A stretch of 64,000 nucleotides of DNA from Eledone cirrhosa (lineage: Eukaryota), in NCBI GenBank assembly GCA_964016885.1, contig OZ024743.1, forward strand, positions 176,886,001-176,950,000, given 5' to 3'. Shown in pieces: positions 24,460-36,598 of this stretch (the first letter of the stretch is position 1; every line of letters starts with the position of its first letter). Both the position numbers and the translations under genes were made by a program. Under the pieces are notes generated by a model. That model had not been told where the DNA came from. It searched no databases and worked only from the letters and a program-made list of their open reading frames with translations.

Positions 24460-25034
24460 ACCAGCTTAACAATGACAGCTTGGAGAGAAATAAAATAATG
24501 ATGATGATGATTTGTGCAAGTGTGTGTGTGTGTTCATGTGTGTTTGTTTATGACAATTCAACCCATGTCTGTGTGGGAAATGGACATAAAATGATGATGA
24601 TGATATGAGCGTGTATGTGTGTGTGTGTTGGGGGGGGGGGGGGGGTGTATGTGTGTGTCTATGTCCGTGTATATGTATGTGTTTGTGTGCTCCTGCATGT
24701 GTTTATATGTGTGTGCCTGCATGTGTTTATATGTGCGTGCATGTGTCTGCCTGCATGTGTTTATATGTGTGTGCATGTATGAGTATGTCTGTTTGTATGT
24801 GTGTTCATATATGTTCTTTCATGTATGTGTGGGTCTTTTACATACATTTTATGAGTATGTGTGAGACATTACACTATATTTTATGTGCATATAAATGCAG
24901 TTTTCTTTTTCGGTGAAACACGTTGACTATACAAGAGTATAGGTTTGAAGGCGGCACTAAGAGGAAGATGAAATAAGAATTAAAACTAAGAATTGCTGGC
25001 AAATGTGACATGCTACACAAATTCATAGACAATT

Positions 25035-25550
25035 CTCATTTGAAGGAAGTAAATCCCTCATCTGTTACGTCACATGTTACGACACTTTCTCCACCTCCAA
25101 ATTAGTTGCTTCAGCCACAAACCCCAGTACTGTGGCCTGCAATGCACAGGAAAGGAAGACAAACAAATACTGGGGATTGTCCAGCTGCTTCCTCTTCGCA
25201 GCGGTTGCCGTCAAGACCTCAGGCGTACTGGGACCCCATACAACCGAGCTCCTCCACAAGATCGGAATGTCAGCAGCCCATCTGAGGAAGGAGCCTGTGA
25301 GGTGGGGTGGCTGTTGCAGCAGGTTTCACTGGCCATTGTCCGCAGAATTGCTTTGGCAGTCTTTTCCACAGGCCACAACCCCATCACACTGTGCCCTAGG
25401 AATAGAGCCCATCACCCTCTCCCTTCCCCCTGCCATTCTTCTGTGAACCTAGAGCCCTCACCCTTCCCTTCATTTTCCATGTTTACATATCTATAGTGTT
25501 GTTACTTGAGATAGATTTGTTTATAATTTTTTTAATTTTATTAATAAAAC
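25035..25550 (+). mobile_element. CRE-like non-LTR retrotransposon 3' fragment (restriction-like endonuclease region)
   Basis: KSLICYVTCYDTFSTSKL..ACNAQERKTNKY..AVKTSGVLGP..LLHKIG, then frameshifted WLLQQVSLAIVRR; AATAAA at ~25543. Confidence 0.65.
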
Positions 25551-25892
25551 GTTTCCGTGAATTAGTTGTGGTATGCAGAGATATGAGCGATCTTCTTCAA
25601 GCTATGTTAGAACACAAGAAGAGAGAAAGCAAGGCAGTAAGACTAAGAAAGAACAGTTAAATAGTGTGCAACTGACAGTTACCAGTATCAAAGTTAAAGA
25701 AATGTGTCCCTTCAATTAACTCTAAACATCCCATAATAACTTAGAACATTTCTAAAAATAAATTTGTAAATTCAAATCATTATCACCATCATCTAACATT
25801 CATTTTCCCTGCTAGCAATATTTCTAATATCTTTACTAGCATAATGATTTGACAGAAAATATCTAAAAACAGGTTTGTTAATTGAAATGTTT

Positions 25893-26660
25893 ATAATAAT
25901 AATGAAAATGATTGTGTACAGTGCCCAGGTGCACTACAACTCATCAAAGGTGCATGTATAGTACATAGAATAATGTACAAATGTCAGGAAAGTAAACAGT
26001 GTGTGAGTCATGATATATACACAGACACACACACACATGTGTGGAAGGGGATTATCAGGTGCAGTGTTGGAAAATTTCAGGAAGCATAGAAGTTTTGAAG
26101 GATGCAGTGTCCCGACAGCTAACAACTGATGCAGATAGCTTGTTCCATGCTTCAGCAACTCTGAGTGTGAAAAAATATTTCTGTAAGTCATGGGAACTGT
26201 ACTGTTTGCTCATTTTGTAAGCATGTCCATGGGTGTTAGACATATGGAATTGAAAAAGGTGCTCAGAGTTGTTGTTGGAAAGATGGTTAATAATCTTGTG
26301 GGTGTCTACCAAGTCAGTGGCCAGACATTGGAACTTTAACGTATCCATGCCCAGGGAAGCAAGGCATTCAGAGTATGGTAGATACCTGATGAAGGGTATT
26401 TGTTTGGTTGCACGTCTTTGAACAGTTTCCTGGAGATCAATATTCTGAGCAAGATAGGAGTTCCAGACTGGTGATGCAAATTCTAAGTCTGAATGTACCA
26501 TAGATATTAACAACTTTAAATAGATAGTTGGAGAGCAGCTGATAAAGATCTTACTGAGTGATTTTAAGACACTCTCAGCCTTCTTGATAATTTTAGCGAT
26601 GTGCTTTGTCCAACACAAATCACTGTTGACAATAATGCCCAAGTCACGTTCACAAGAAGA
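25893..26660 (-). mobile_element. CR1-clade LINE, 5'-truncated (RT C-terminus and 3' UTR)
   Basis: ERDLGIIVNSDL.W..HI...LEFASPVWNSY..VQRRATK..FFTLRVAEAWNKL; short (TTA)n tail. Confidence 0.87.
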
Positions 26661-26974
26661 CTTATATTATCTTTGCTAGCCAACAACTGTTGTGAAAGAC
26701 GAAAGACCTTAATTTTTAAGGTAATGCAGTCAATGTTTTTAAATGTTGCCTAGGCAATGCTATTAATTAACTCTTAATTAACTCTTAAAATTCCACAATG
26801 CTTTAGCAGAAAATGTCTAATTCAAATATTTATAGTAATTTTAATATAGCACAGATCATTGATTATATTAATCTAAAAGCCTTCCATCATAATTTAAAGA
26901 TCTTTTAAGTCTTAAAAGCACCACACAGTAAATCGTTGTCTTATGAAGTGCGTGTGTGTTGATCTCTCTCTTTT

Positions 26975-27235
26975 ACTCATTGACTCCGTCTCTCCCACTC
27001 TCCCCATCTCTCAAATGGGAGCCCATGCGCTGGCTGCCCCGCAGCCCAGTGGAATAGAGAAGGCGTTTCCTCGGAGGATGGTGAGGGAGACGCATAGGGA
27101 GAGCTATTCCAACTCATGAGACTCACACCTGTAGGTAGCCAACTCCGTGCCGATGGTGGTGAGTAGGGTGGTGGTCCTAGGGCCAAGGACACCATAACTC
27201 TTAAGGACCCCATACCAGCTTAAGAACAAGGAAGT
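26975..27235 (-). mobile_element. Second CRE-like 3' fragment
   Basis: Manual translation SYGVLGPRTTTLLTTIGTELA...E*LSLCVSLTILRGNAFSI, homologous to the 25035-25550 peptide. Confidence 0.6.
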
Positions 27236-28170
27236 TAGTGATATTGCAAAACCCTTCCTTCATCATTTCATTTTTCATCTTATTTTTGATTATTTTCAAA
27301 ATGATTTTAAAATCACAGGCAGTGCTTTTCATTAGAAATATTGTAACTAAAGGATAGAAAGTGTACTGCCTGTTGCTGTAGCTATTGTAGACATTGCTGC
27401 TATTGTTGATGTTGATAACGTCCTGTTAGCTGGAAGTATCTATCTAATAAGTATTTCTAGCCACATACATTACAAAGTTATGAGGTGGAGAATTAGAATT
27501 TAGATTCAGAATTTCTGTGCATCAGAAATTATATCATACATTTTAAATCTAAATCACAAGAGATGAGGCAATGTGGGTGCCACTAAGTGGTTACTCAACC
27601 TTCTAGAAACACCTGCCAAATACCACTTAACTCTTAACATCTAAAATGTTTTCAGAATATTTACTATTAGAACAAACTGTTATAAAAATTTTAAGCAAAA
27701 TAATGTAGAGATTTTAATTTTTAATGTAAGCTGTCACTGCAGCGTTTTGTACATTTGAAAGATGTCTTGCTAATGTGGTTTCATGTGGTACAGGATCTAA
27801 ACATTTTGTTTCTAATGAAAGACACTACCCATGGCTTTCAAATGATTTTGAACATAATCAAGAATTTGGAGAGATTTATTAATATAATTTTCACATTGTT
27901 AAGCTGGTGTTTGGAACATAACCTAACAAAGTTATGATGGAAGGCTTTTTGATAAATATAAACATTTTAAAACAAATCACTTTGTACCATCAAACCAGGG
28001 GAGGTTTCAGGTGGTTTGGTATCAAACGGGTTAAACCAAGTAAGGGATAATACAGGCTGAAGCAAGCTGTTACTGAAAAGAGGGGATGGCCATGGCTAAA
28101 ATGCTTTTGATGAAAGGTTTGCTCAATCTGAGCCAACCCAGCAATACATGGGGTATGGGGGAAGTGATGT

Positions 28171-28386
28171 TTAACCCTTTAGCATTTAAACCAGCCGTAT
28201 TCAGCCAGAATTCTCTCACCTCTTTCTGTTCAAATTGACCATAACCAACTCCTCATACTTATGTTAAGGTAATGTTCTCAAAATGAATAATATCAAAATC
28301 TCATTGATTCAACATTATGTAAGATAAAACCTTTACCATGAAAATACAATAGTAAATATAGAATAATGTAAATGATAAAGGGTTGA
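28171..28386. mobile_element. TTAA-flanked MITE copy
   Basis: TTAACCCTTTAGCATTTAAA...TAAATGATAAAGGGTTGA. Confidence 0.75.
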
Positions 28387-28434
28387 ATACCACAAAAGCA
28401 AATTATGGGTCCTGTTATAAACCAACTCTACCTT

Positions 28435-28580
28435 CCATATTGATGGCGAGTCACTAAAATCTTGAACAGAATGATTTTCAGCGTTCATTCTAGCACTGTG
28501 TTCAAACCCCACTGAGGTCAATTTTGGTTTTCATCCTTCCAAGGTCAATAAAAAAAATACCAGTCCAACACTGAGGTTGT
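28435..28580 (+). mobile_element. Diverged SINE of the 12650 family
   Basis: GTTCAAACCCCACTGAGGTCAATTTTGGTTTTCATCCTTCCAAGGTCAATAAAA...TACCAG. Confidence 0.6.
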
Positions 28581-29422
28581 TTCTCTCTCTCTCTACTAAA
28601 AGATAGACACTGTGTTCAGACTGAGGCTCCAACAAGTTTAACATGCCCACACAATGCCCCTATGACTCCATCAGGAGTTCCATACATACCTTCTATATAT
28701 GTAAAGCCAGCAAAATATGTTATAGTCAGGTCACTCAATTAGAGTATAACATTTCCCATATAGGAGATAATTCTGTGTTGAATGGAAAATAAATATCTAT
28801 ATGTATTTCTAATTCAACTTAGTTGATAATCTTCAGAACCATTTCTACTCTATTCTCTTCACTCATTAGGTCACTGGAATATCAAACATTTGGTTTCCAC
28901 ATAATAGTGTAGTAGAACATTTCTCTCTCTCTATCATACATAGAGAAAGAGAGAGAGGGTGATGGAGCGAGATAGGGGAGAGTGTGAAAGAGAGAGGAAG
29001 GAGGGAAAGAGACAGAGAGAGGGTGATGGAAAGAGATAGGGGTGGTGAGAGAATGTGATATTAGTTCTTCAATGAACTATGATACATCTGCTATATAATA
29101 CTTAGTAAAATCTATAAATATGAATATATATATTTATATATCACCACCAGTTTTGGCATACTTCTTGTCTGCATATTGAGTATGAACACTTCCCAGATGA
29201 CAATAAAGTCATGTTTTTCTTCTCTGCTATCTAAAACTATTGTCCTTGGCTTTACTTTGAGGCCTCCTGATTTTAGGTTTTGCTTTCATGTATGGACAGA
29301 CTCAGCTATGAGACTCAGCTATGAGAACAAGGTGCACAGCCAGAGTTAAATTCCTCTGTTATGGCCTGGACAATTATAATAAAGAGAAGAAAGTTGAGAA
29401 CTGAGCCCTGATTGACCCATAT

Positions 29423-29853
29423 CATCATCATCATCATCATTTTACGTCCGCTTTTCCCTGCTTGCAAGGGTGGGACGGGTCTTATTCAGCACAGCATCTC
29501 TCCACTCGTCACGGTCCCTTGTCATCTCTACCGTGAGCTTCAATGATCTGAGGTCTGTTCTCACCACCTCCGCCCATGTTTTTCGTGGTCTACCTCTACC
29601 ACGTCTTCCTTCAACTGGCAATTCCTGGCACTTCTTCACCCATCGGTCATCCTCCATGCGCATCACATGTCCATACCACCTCAGTCTCCTCTTCCGTACA
29701 CTACATTCTATCCCTCTCAAACACAGTTTCTCTCTCAACACATTTATGCTGGGTCGTTCACGCACATTTACACTGCACATCCAACGGAGCATGCTTGCCT
29801 CATTTCTCTCCAGCCGTCGCATATCCTCTGCAGTTGCTGCCTATGTCTCACTA
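29423..29853 (-). mobile_element. Younger 5'-truncated RTE LINE
   Basis: Open C-terminus MRRLERNEASMLRWMC...RLRWYGHVMRM...VEGRRGRGRPRKTW; (ATG)n tail; flanking CCATAT repeat. Confidence 0.88.
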
Positions 29854-30136
29854 CCATATGTACATACTAAATTTATTGCTGAACTCGTTAGTAAATCTCA
29901 CCTTATCCTGTAAATGGCTTGTGTGACTCTTACAATCATTCATCTACATTCACTTAGTTTTCTTAGCAACCACCAAATTACAGAGTATGTTGTTACACAG
30001 TCAAAGGCTTTTTCTCGGTTAATGAATGTGAGATATAGTGGTTTATTCTTAGCTATGTACTTCTCTTGTATTTCTCTCACTAGGAAGAAGGTATCAGTGG
30101 TATGCCATCCTAGAAGAACACTGGACTATATCTCAT

Positions 30137-30319
30137 TTAACCTTTTGGCATTTAAATCGGCCATATCTGGCCAGAATTCTCTCACCTCTTTCTCTTCAAA
30201 CTGGCCATAACTGGCTGCTCATACTGACATTCAGATATTGTTCTCAACAAAGTGAGATAAAGCTTTTACCACAAAAACACAATAATATATATAGAGTACT
30301 GTAAATGCTAAAGGGTTAA
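30137..30319. mobile_element. TTAA-flanked MITE nested in the old RTE
   Basis: TTAACCTTTTGGCATTTAAA...TAAATGCTAAAGGGTTAA. Confidence 0.75.
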
Positions 30320-30377
30320 TTAAGGTAATCATCATCCTAACCGGTGGTGCTATTTCTATTACTTTTATAAACTGGTC

Positions 30378-30685
30378 CATCATCATCACCATTTTACATT
30401 TATTTTACATGCTAGCATAGGTTGGACAGGTTGTTACCTTCTAAGAACATAGCAAGTCAGGTGACCACAACTTGCTTGTACATTTCATTTTGGCATGGTT
30501 TCTAAGGCTGGATGCTCTTCTTAAGACCAAACATTTTATAATGTGTATTGGGTGCATTTTATCGTGGCACCAACACTATCATTTTACCAAGTGTACTAGG
30601 TGCATTCTATTATGGCACCAGCACTGCCACTTTATAGAATCTACTGAGTGAATTCATCACGACACCAGCACTACCACTTTACAGT
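30378..30685 (-). mobile_element. SINE 3' portion with internal ~40-bp tandem repeats
   Basis: (CAT)n tail, TTTCTAAGGCTGGATGCTCTTC and repeated GTGTACTAGGTGCATT..GGCACCA units; related to 10490-10628 and 34310-34575. Confidence 0.6.
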
Positions 30686-31334
30686 GTCTTTGTCTTAGGT
30701 TCTCCTATGCCCTGGGGCATATTGGGCAATGAGTCTTCTCTAATTTACACCATCAGCTGTAGCATCTCACATAGGTTCCTAGTCCAGTCCAAACATCTTT
30801 GAAAGTTGAGCGCCAGGTTTTCTTCGGTCTTCCTTTTTTCTGCTTACCACTGACTGGGATCCATCTCATTACCACAGAGAGGTTCCAGTAATTAGTCATG
30901 TACTGGATGAATTTATCGAGACACCAACATTACCACATTACAGAATGTCCTTAGTGTATTCAACATATCAAATGTAATAAATTTAACCTTTAGAAAGAAG
31001 TCAACGAAATAGAACTGAAAATGCCAGCAAGTCATAGGAAAAAAAAATTTGACTTTTAAAATTAATTCATTTGAAATGGATGTTAAAAAAATTCAATTTC
31101 TTAAAAGATAAGAAGGTACAGAAAATACAAAGTGAACAAAAGTTTTCTGATCACAGAAAAACCCAATAAAACCCCATATTTTTTCAAACTATTTACATTA
31201 CTTCCTTCACAAATGTTTTCAGCATCTCTTTTTGTAATACATTTTAAATTGTAGTTCCTGCTACTTGATCTTATTTTTATTTATATAACATAGTGTGCAG
31301 GAGTGAAGGGTGTAGTAGAGAGTATATGTGTTTA

Positions 31335-31632
31335 AGGGGAATCCAAAGTGGTGTGCAAGAGAGAAGACTGCATTGGTATGGACATGTGATGCACATGGAC
31401 AATGATTGATGGATGAAGAAATGCCAGGAAAACCAGTGGAAGGAAGCCACAATAGAGGACAACCAAGAAAGACCTGGGCAGAAGTGGTGAGAGTGGACCT
31501 CGAATTGCTGACTGGCAGAGGAGATGATGAAGGAATGTGACAAGTAGAGAGATGCCATACTGAGAAGGACCACTCCAACCCATGCAAGCATGGAAGAGCG
31601 GATGTAAAAACAATTATGATATTCATGATGAT
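31335..31632 (+). mobile_element. RTE LINE 3' fragment
   Basis: RRLHWYGHVMHMD...GQPRKTWAEVVRVDL; tail CCATGCAAGCATGGAAGAGCGGATGTAAA. Confidence 0.78.
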
Positions 31633-31964
31633 AATTATTCATTTAGTGTTTGTTTCTTTACAAATATTGTTTTACTACTGTCATCCTTATCATCATCTAC
31701 TTATCGAAACAGAATATAAAGTTACTTTTAAAGTTACGATCGATAGAGTATGGGGAATGTATATAAACAGGATGCATGCCTCTGGCCCATCTGGGGGTCA
31801 ATGTTTCCACTTCAGTACGGACTTTGTTAGCAGGGAAAACAGACATAAAATGATGATGAAACTTCAAAGATATATTTTTTTATGGATATTTTAGCTAAGA
31901 GAGAAGACAGTAGCCATGACATTTTTCAGGGTATTGGGATGGGAGGGAGGGATGGAAAGTATAC

Positions 31965-32169
31965 TTAACTCTTTAGCATTTACATTAATCTATATTTACT
32001 ATCGTATTTTCACTTTCTCTCACATAATTATCTCACATAATATTGATATTATTTATTTTGAGAACAATACTTTAACAAAAGTATAAGCAGCCGGTTATGG
32101 CCGGTTTGAACAGAAAAAAGGTGAGAGAATTCTGGCCGGATATGGCCGGTTTAAATACTAAAGGGTTAA
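31965..32169. mobile_element. TTAA-flanked MITE copy
   Basis: TTAACTCTTTAGCATTTAC...TTTAAATACTAAAGGGTTAA. Confidence 0.75.
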
Positions 32170-32424
32170 ACTGGAGACTTGGCCCTAATGCTTGCAATCG
32201 AGTGATCTCTGCTAAAGATAAGCAAGGAGCAGGTAGGGTTAAACCAGGTGTTGGCAGTGGAGTTATTTGTGAATGTTCCAGTCAGCTAACTTGAATGTTC
32301 ATGATTTTGGTGTCACTTAGAATGTTTTTGTCATTGTTGTTGTCAATGTCACTCTCCACTATGAGCCAGAAAGATATTTTCATTCAAATTAGTATATTAA
32401 TGAAAATCAAAACATACAACTCAC

Positions 32425-32641
32425 CTTGAGACACAGTTTTCAAGACAATCAGTGCACACAATAGACGGACTTGGCAATCAGAACTTTTGAAGAACAAACC
32501 CTCTTTAGAAATATTTTGCAGTGGTGGCACTGCATCCTTCAGTTCAATTGGAATGCCTTCTGAAATTCTTGCTGTTGTGGAAGCTCTGGAATGATATAAC
32601 TCTTCTCCAAGACGTCTCAAAGTTGAACTGAGGCCACTTTT
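32425..32641 (-). CDS. CCDC138: Internal exon (217 bp, phase 0 to 1) of a CCDC138-like gene
   Basis: Acceptor tttcttttcttacttcAG, donor AG|GTGAGT. Encodes KSGLSSTLRRLGEELYHS...LFFKSSDCQVRLLCALIVLKTVSQ, matching from memory the CCDC138 motifs STLRRLGED and FFKSS..LRFLSTLIVLKTVTQ. Confidence 0.82.
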
Positions 32642-32689
32642 CTGAAGTAAGAAAAGAAACTTGGTGAGGAACCAGATATTATTATCATC

Positions 32690-32930
32690 ATGATCATCAT
32701 CATCATTTCAATGCTGGCAGCAGTTGGATTCCAGCACTACTACTTTACAGGGTGTACTGAGTGCATTTTATTGTGGCAACAACTTTAACCCATTACAGAG
32801 TGTACTGAGTGCATTTTATTGTGGAACCAACTTTAACACATTATAGGGTGTATTGAGTGCATTTTATTGTGGTACTAACTTTAACATTTTACAGGGTTCA
32901 CCGAGTACAATATATTGCGGCACCTGCACT
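32690..32930 (-). repeat. SINE-derived ~42-bp tandem repeat
   Basis: About 4 copies of TTACAGGGTGTACTGAGTGCATTTTATTGTGG..ACAACTTTAAC next to a (CAT)n tail. Confidence 0.6.
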
Positions 32931-33409
32931 AGAAACATTATCATGTGCTAGGCCTGAATGAAAAGCCTTCTTCAATCTGATAATATCTCCAATTTACCTG
33001 CTATAGAAGAAAAAAACATTAAAATATTTTGCAGGCACAAATAATCACAACACAATGTTGGCTGGTGAAGTCTTTGTTTAGTCCCAGGTCAGTCATGACT
33101 ACAAGTGTTTAAAGGCCATTTTCTCTACTAAAGCTGGAACTAGCTTTGCAGCAGACCTCATGATAAGCTTCTCCATTTTTCCCTATCAACTGCAACACCC
33201 CTTACCAACACTTTGGCTTTCATTTCTTTCTCCCTCATCATTAGCTATGCCTTTCTTGGTCTTCCTTCCACATTTATTTCCATCACTCCCCTCACCCAGT
33301 CACGTTTATCCTTCTTTAACACATGACCTATTTCAATAGAAATATGATAATGAAAGGGTTAATGATTATCTTATATTCTATTAGAGGATTTCTCCCTACA
33401 TACAAAAGG

Positions 33410-33850
33410 AAGGCTGTAAGATGCCTGTATACCATGTATGATGCTGCAGAGGACATGCATATACTGGAGAGAAATTAAGAAACCATGTTTCGTTGGATGT
33501 GCAATGTAAGTGTGCAAGAAAGGCAGAGCTTGGACAAGCTGAGAGAGAAGCTGGGTTTATGAGGAATCCGAGGTGGTGTGCAGGAGAGAAGATTGCATTG
33601 GTATAGATATGTGATGTGCATGGACAATGATGATGGGTGAAGAAGTGCAGGATATCCCAGTGGAAAGAAACCACAATAGAGGACAACGAAGAAAGACATG
33701 GGCAGAGGTTATGAGAGCAGACCTCAAATCGCTATGACTGGCAGAAGAGATGACAAAAGAAAGTGACAAGTAGAGAATTGCCGTGCTGGGAAGGACCCAT
33801 CCAACCCATGCAAGCATGGTAAAGTGGACGTAAAAACGATGATGATGATG
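33410..33850 (+). mobile_element. RTE LINE 3' fragment
   Basis: MFRWMCNV...RRLHWYRYVMCMD...KTWAEVMRADL; (GAT)n tail. Confidence 0.78.
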
Positions 33851-33993
33851 GTTAGTAGTTGTTTTCGTTATTGGAGAGGTTGAATTATTTTCTGACTCTC
33901 AAGTGGAGGGTCAGTCAGTCTTTTTGTGATGCAGCCTCAGCTAATTTGAAGATGCGTGTTTACCAAGAAAGATGGTAATGTTGAACCACTTAC

Positions 33994-34116
33994 CGATTGA
34001 CTGTGATTGTCTTCAAGATTCTTTATGGCCCAGTAAACAAACTGAAGACATGGTAGAGAGACTGAACCAGAAAAGGAGGGAAATTCCCGAAGAAACTCAA
34101 CAAGTGAAGGGATCAC
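33994..34116 (-). CDS. CCDC138: Internal exon (123 bp, phase 0 to 0) of a CCDC138-like gene
   Basis: Long polypyrimidine acceptor ...tttttgtttcAG, donor G|GTAAGT. Encodes VIPSLVEFLREFPSFSGSVSLPCLQFVYWAIKNLEDNHSQS (cf. FVKFIYWSLRQLD) and splices in frame to 32641. Confidence 0.8.
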
Positions 34117-34309
34117 CTGAAACAAAAACAAAATAAATAAAAATAAAAAAAAAACAATAAAGAAAACAGCAACAATAAATAGCCACCAACAAGAAATCAT
34201 TGAGTTAAAAAGAGAGCCTCTTTGTGGTTGTTTAACCTACTAGAAACAGCAGCCAAATTACCTTCTGATGAGAATTACTTTATGTATCCATGCCTGTGTA
34301 AGAAATTAT

Positions 34310-34575
34310 TATATCATCATTTAATGTCCATTTTCCATGCTAGCATATCCCATTAGAGGCAAGTTGGGTCAGGTGTTTCTGGCTAGGTCTCTACAGCTAG
34401 AAGCCCTTCCTAACACCAACCACATTTACAGTGTGGACTGGGTGCTTTTTGCCGTGACACCTACATGGTCACTTTACAGTGTGGACTGGGTGCGTTTTGT
34501 CGTGACACCTAAACAACCACTTTGCAGTGTGGGCTGGGTGCTTTTTTGTTGTGATACCAACATAACTTTACAGTG
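34310..34575 (-). mobile_element. SINE 3' portion with internal tandem repeats
   Basis: CTACAGCTAGAAGCCCTTCCTAACACCAACC is reverse-homologous to 10520-10550, followed by repeated TTTACAGTGTGGACTGGGTGC units. Confidence 0.65.
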
Positions 34576-34717
34576 TAAGCTATGGGTACATAAAAGATGC
34601 AGTGGGATCACAAGCAAGCTATCAAAGAACATAGGTTTTAAATGCAGCCGATGCACAGGTGCAGTAAGAAGCAAGTGGGCACAGGATACTAGCTCCTTCA
34701 AATGCTCAGACGAAAAA

Positions 34718-34870
34718 CTAACAGCTCTACCGGGAGTGACTCTCTGATCTCTGAGCTATGCACTCTGTTGAGTAATGTTACTCCAAAGACTCTTCAGAGG
34801 AAACAGATTTCTGTTGCTTGTATTTGCGATAATATTCTTTTGGTCATTACCCAAGACTCAACCCGGTAAT
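34718..34870 (-). mobile_element. RTE fragment, same family as 11278-11690
   Basis: The reverse complement aligns by eye with 11295-11428. Confidence 0.65.
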
Positions 34871-35342
34871 ACATGAAGGTCTACCTAATTACTGGCACAA
34901 GAGTATAGTTGTTAATTGCTACAAGGGAAACATTTGAAGCACCAGATGTGATAAACACCAGAGGTATTAGACTATGAAAATAAAAGAAATAATATCAAAA
35001 TATGAAAATAATAGAAAGAGTTTTACCAAAACCAATTAGGAAAAAATTCCAACCAAATCAGCAGCGGAGAAGGGTGCTCTGAAAGCTTCCTAGGTCAGAA
35101 TAAGGATAAGGTGGAAAAAGTTCATGCATACAAGGAGGAAGGGTGATATAAACTTCTCAAAACAACATAATATTTCAACTCTAATAGTTTTACTGCTTCA
35201 AGCTTTTGTTGTCATATTGATCTTGTAAACCACATAAAAATGATTAATGGATATATCTATGAGACGGAACACCTGGTCTTTATGCAATTATTAAATAGCA
35301 TCGCCAACTCCAACAACATTAATAACCAACAATAAAGATATT

Positions 35343-35343
35343 C

Positions 35344-35396
<53 letters not shown>
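35343..35396. repeat. (TA)n microsatellite
   Basis: Direct reading. Confidence 0.9.
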
Positions 35397-35399
<3 letters not shown>

Positions 35400-36009
35400 G
35401 CTTGCTTATTCATACAGTAACTTTAAAGTTTCAATACACAAATGATTTTAACTCAAAATCTAAAACTTGAAAATAATGTATTTTGGCTGCTGTTCTTACA
35501 ATTCTATTATTCAAATCAACCATAAACAACATGCCATATGTGTGTGTGTATGTAAAACACTTTAAAATTTACTCATACAATCATAGATAGAATGCTTTTC
35601 TGTCACAATAAGAAGTTTGCTCTCCAATTACAACTTGTGTTTCAGTAAATAGTTATTACTGCAAAGTTACTTATACATATAATCCAGTATGTCATTTGTA
35701 TATATATGCTGAACATTTATGTAATCATATCCTAGAGATAGTCTATTAACATATCGTGCTTATCTTAAATCACTTCAAAGTGTCAGTAATCAACATAAAC
35801 CATAGATTTTGGCTTAAGCAAACCATTAATTTATGAAAATGCCAATTTTCCAGTTTGTACGATTGTTCATATATCCAATAATCTTGATGTATATGACACA
35901 CCAATCCTGGACTCCAAAAATGAAATACATTCAATGTTATTGCCATCATTATTGATGACACTTATCCACCAGTAATATTAATAATAATGATAATATGAAC
36001 AGCAACAGC

Positions 36010-36160
36010 AACAATAATAATTGTTTCTACTTTTGGCACAAGACCAGCAAATTGAAGGGGGAGGGGGTAATTGAATTAACGCCAGTACGTGACTGGTACT
36101 TTATTTTATCAACCCCATAAAATTGAAAGGCAAAGCTAACCTCGGTGGGATTTGAAATGA
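36010..36160 (-). mobile_element. SINE of the 12650 family, 5'-truncated
   Basis: TTGTTTCTACTTTTGGCACAAGACCAGCAA...CTGGTACTTTATTTTATCAACCCC...AAAGGCAAAGCTAACCTCGG. Confidence 0.75.
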
Positions 36161-36598
36161 GTGGGGGTTTTTTCTGTTTAGTATCTAAAGCTTTATGTTT
36201 CGACAAGATATGAACTGCCAATTTTTCCCATTGCAACTTGAGTCTGCTGGTTTTGAATGTTGTGATGGGATAAACCTCTTCCTATTCAACAGAAGTAAAT
36301 CTCTAATCCGAGACACCACCAGATGCAACACCATCTCTGCCTCGAACTTTACTGTTTTGGTGACAAACCTGGCCACTGCTGCTGTAGATTGGCAGAATTG
36401 GTAGAGCGTTGGTAGAAAGAACACAGGAGAGGAAGATAGCTAAATACTGAGACTTGAAGGACTTCTGCAATTTTCATCCGAAAGATTGGGAGAAGTGCAT
36501 GCCACGCAATGAAGGAGCTCCCATGAGGCTGAGTAACTGATGCAGTAGGTGTCACTGGCTGTTCTCTGTGGCAATGTCTGTGCTATTTATTCTGCAGC

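Larger units (their letters stand above)
29140..30380 (-). mobile_element. Old RTE LINE RT fragment containing two nested insertions
   Basis: IQEKYIAKNKPLYLTFINREKAFDCV...WLLRKL at ~29950-30075 and VNQGSVL..LFII at ~29370-29420. Confidence 0.72.

Noticed and set aside
15272-24916. Long His/Thr-rich and Cys/Val-rich ORFs (up to 1029 aa)
   Set aside because: Translations of (CA)n/(GT)n-derived repeats that lack stops by composition.
36185-36598. Possible further exon before the satellite
   Set aside because: No recognisable protein similarity or convincing splice pair; ~36380-36415 resembles a SINE A-box head. The origin of the rest is unresolved.
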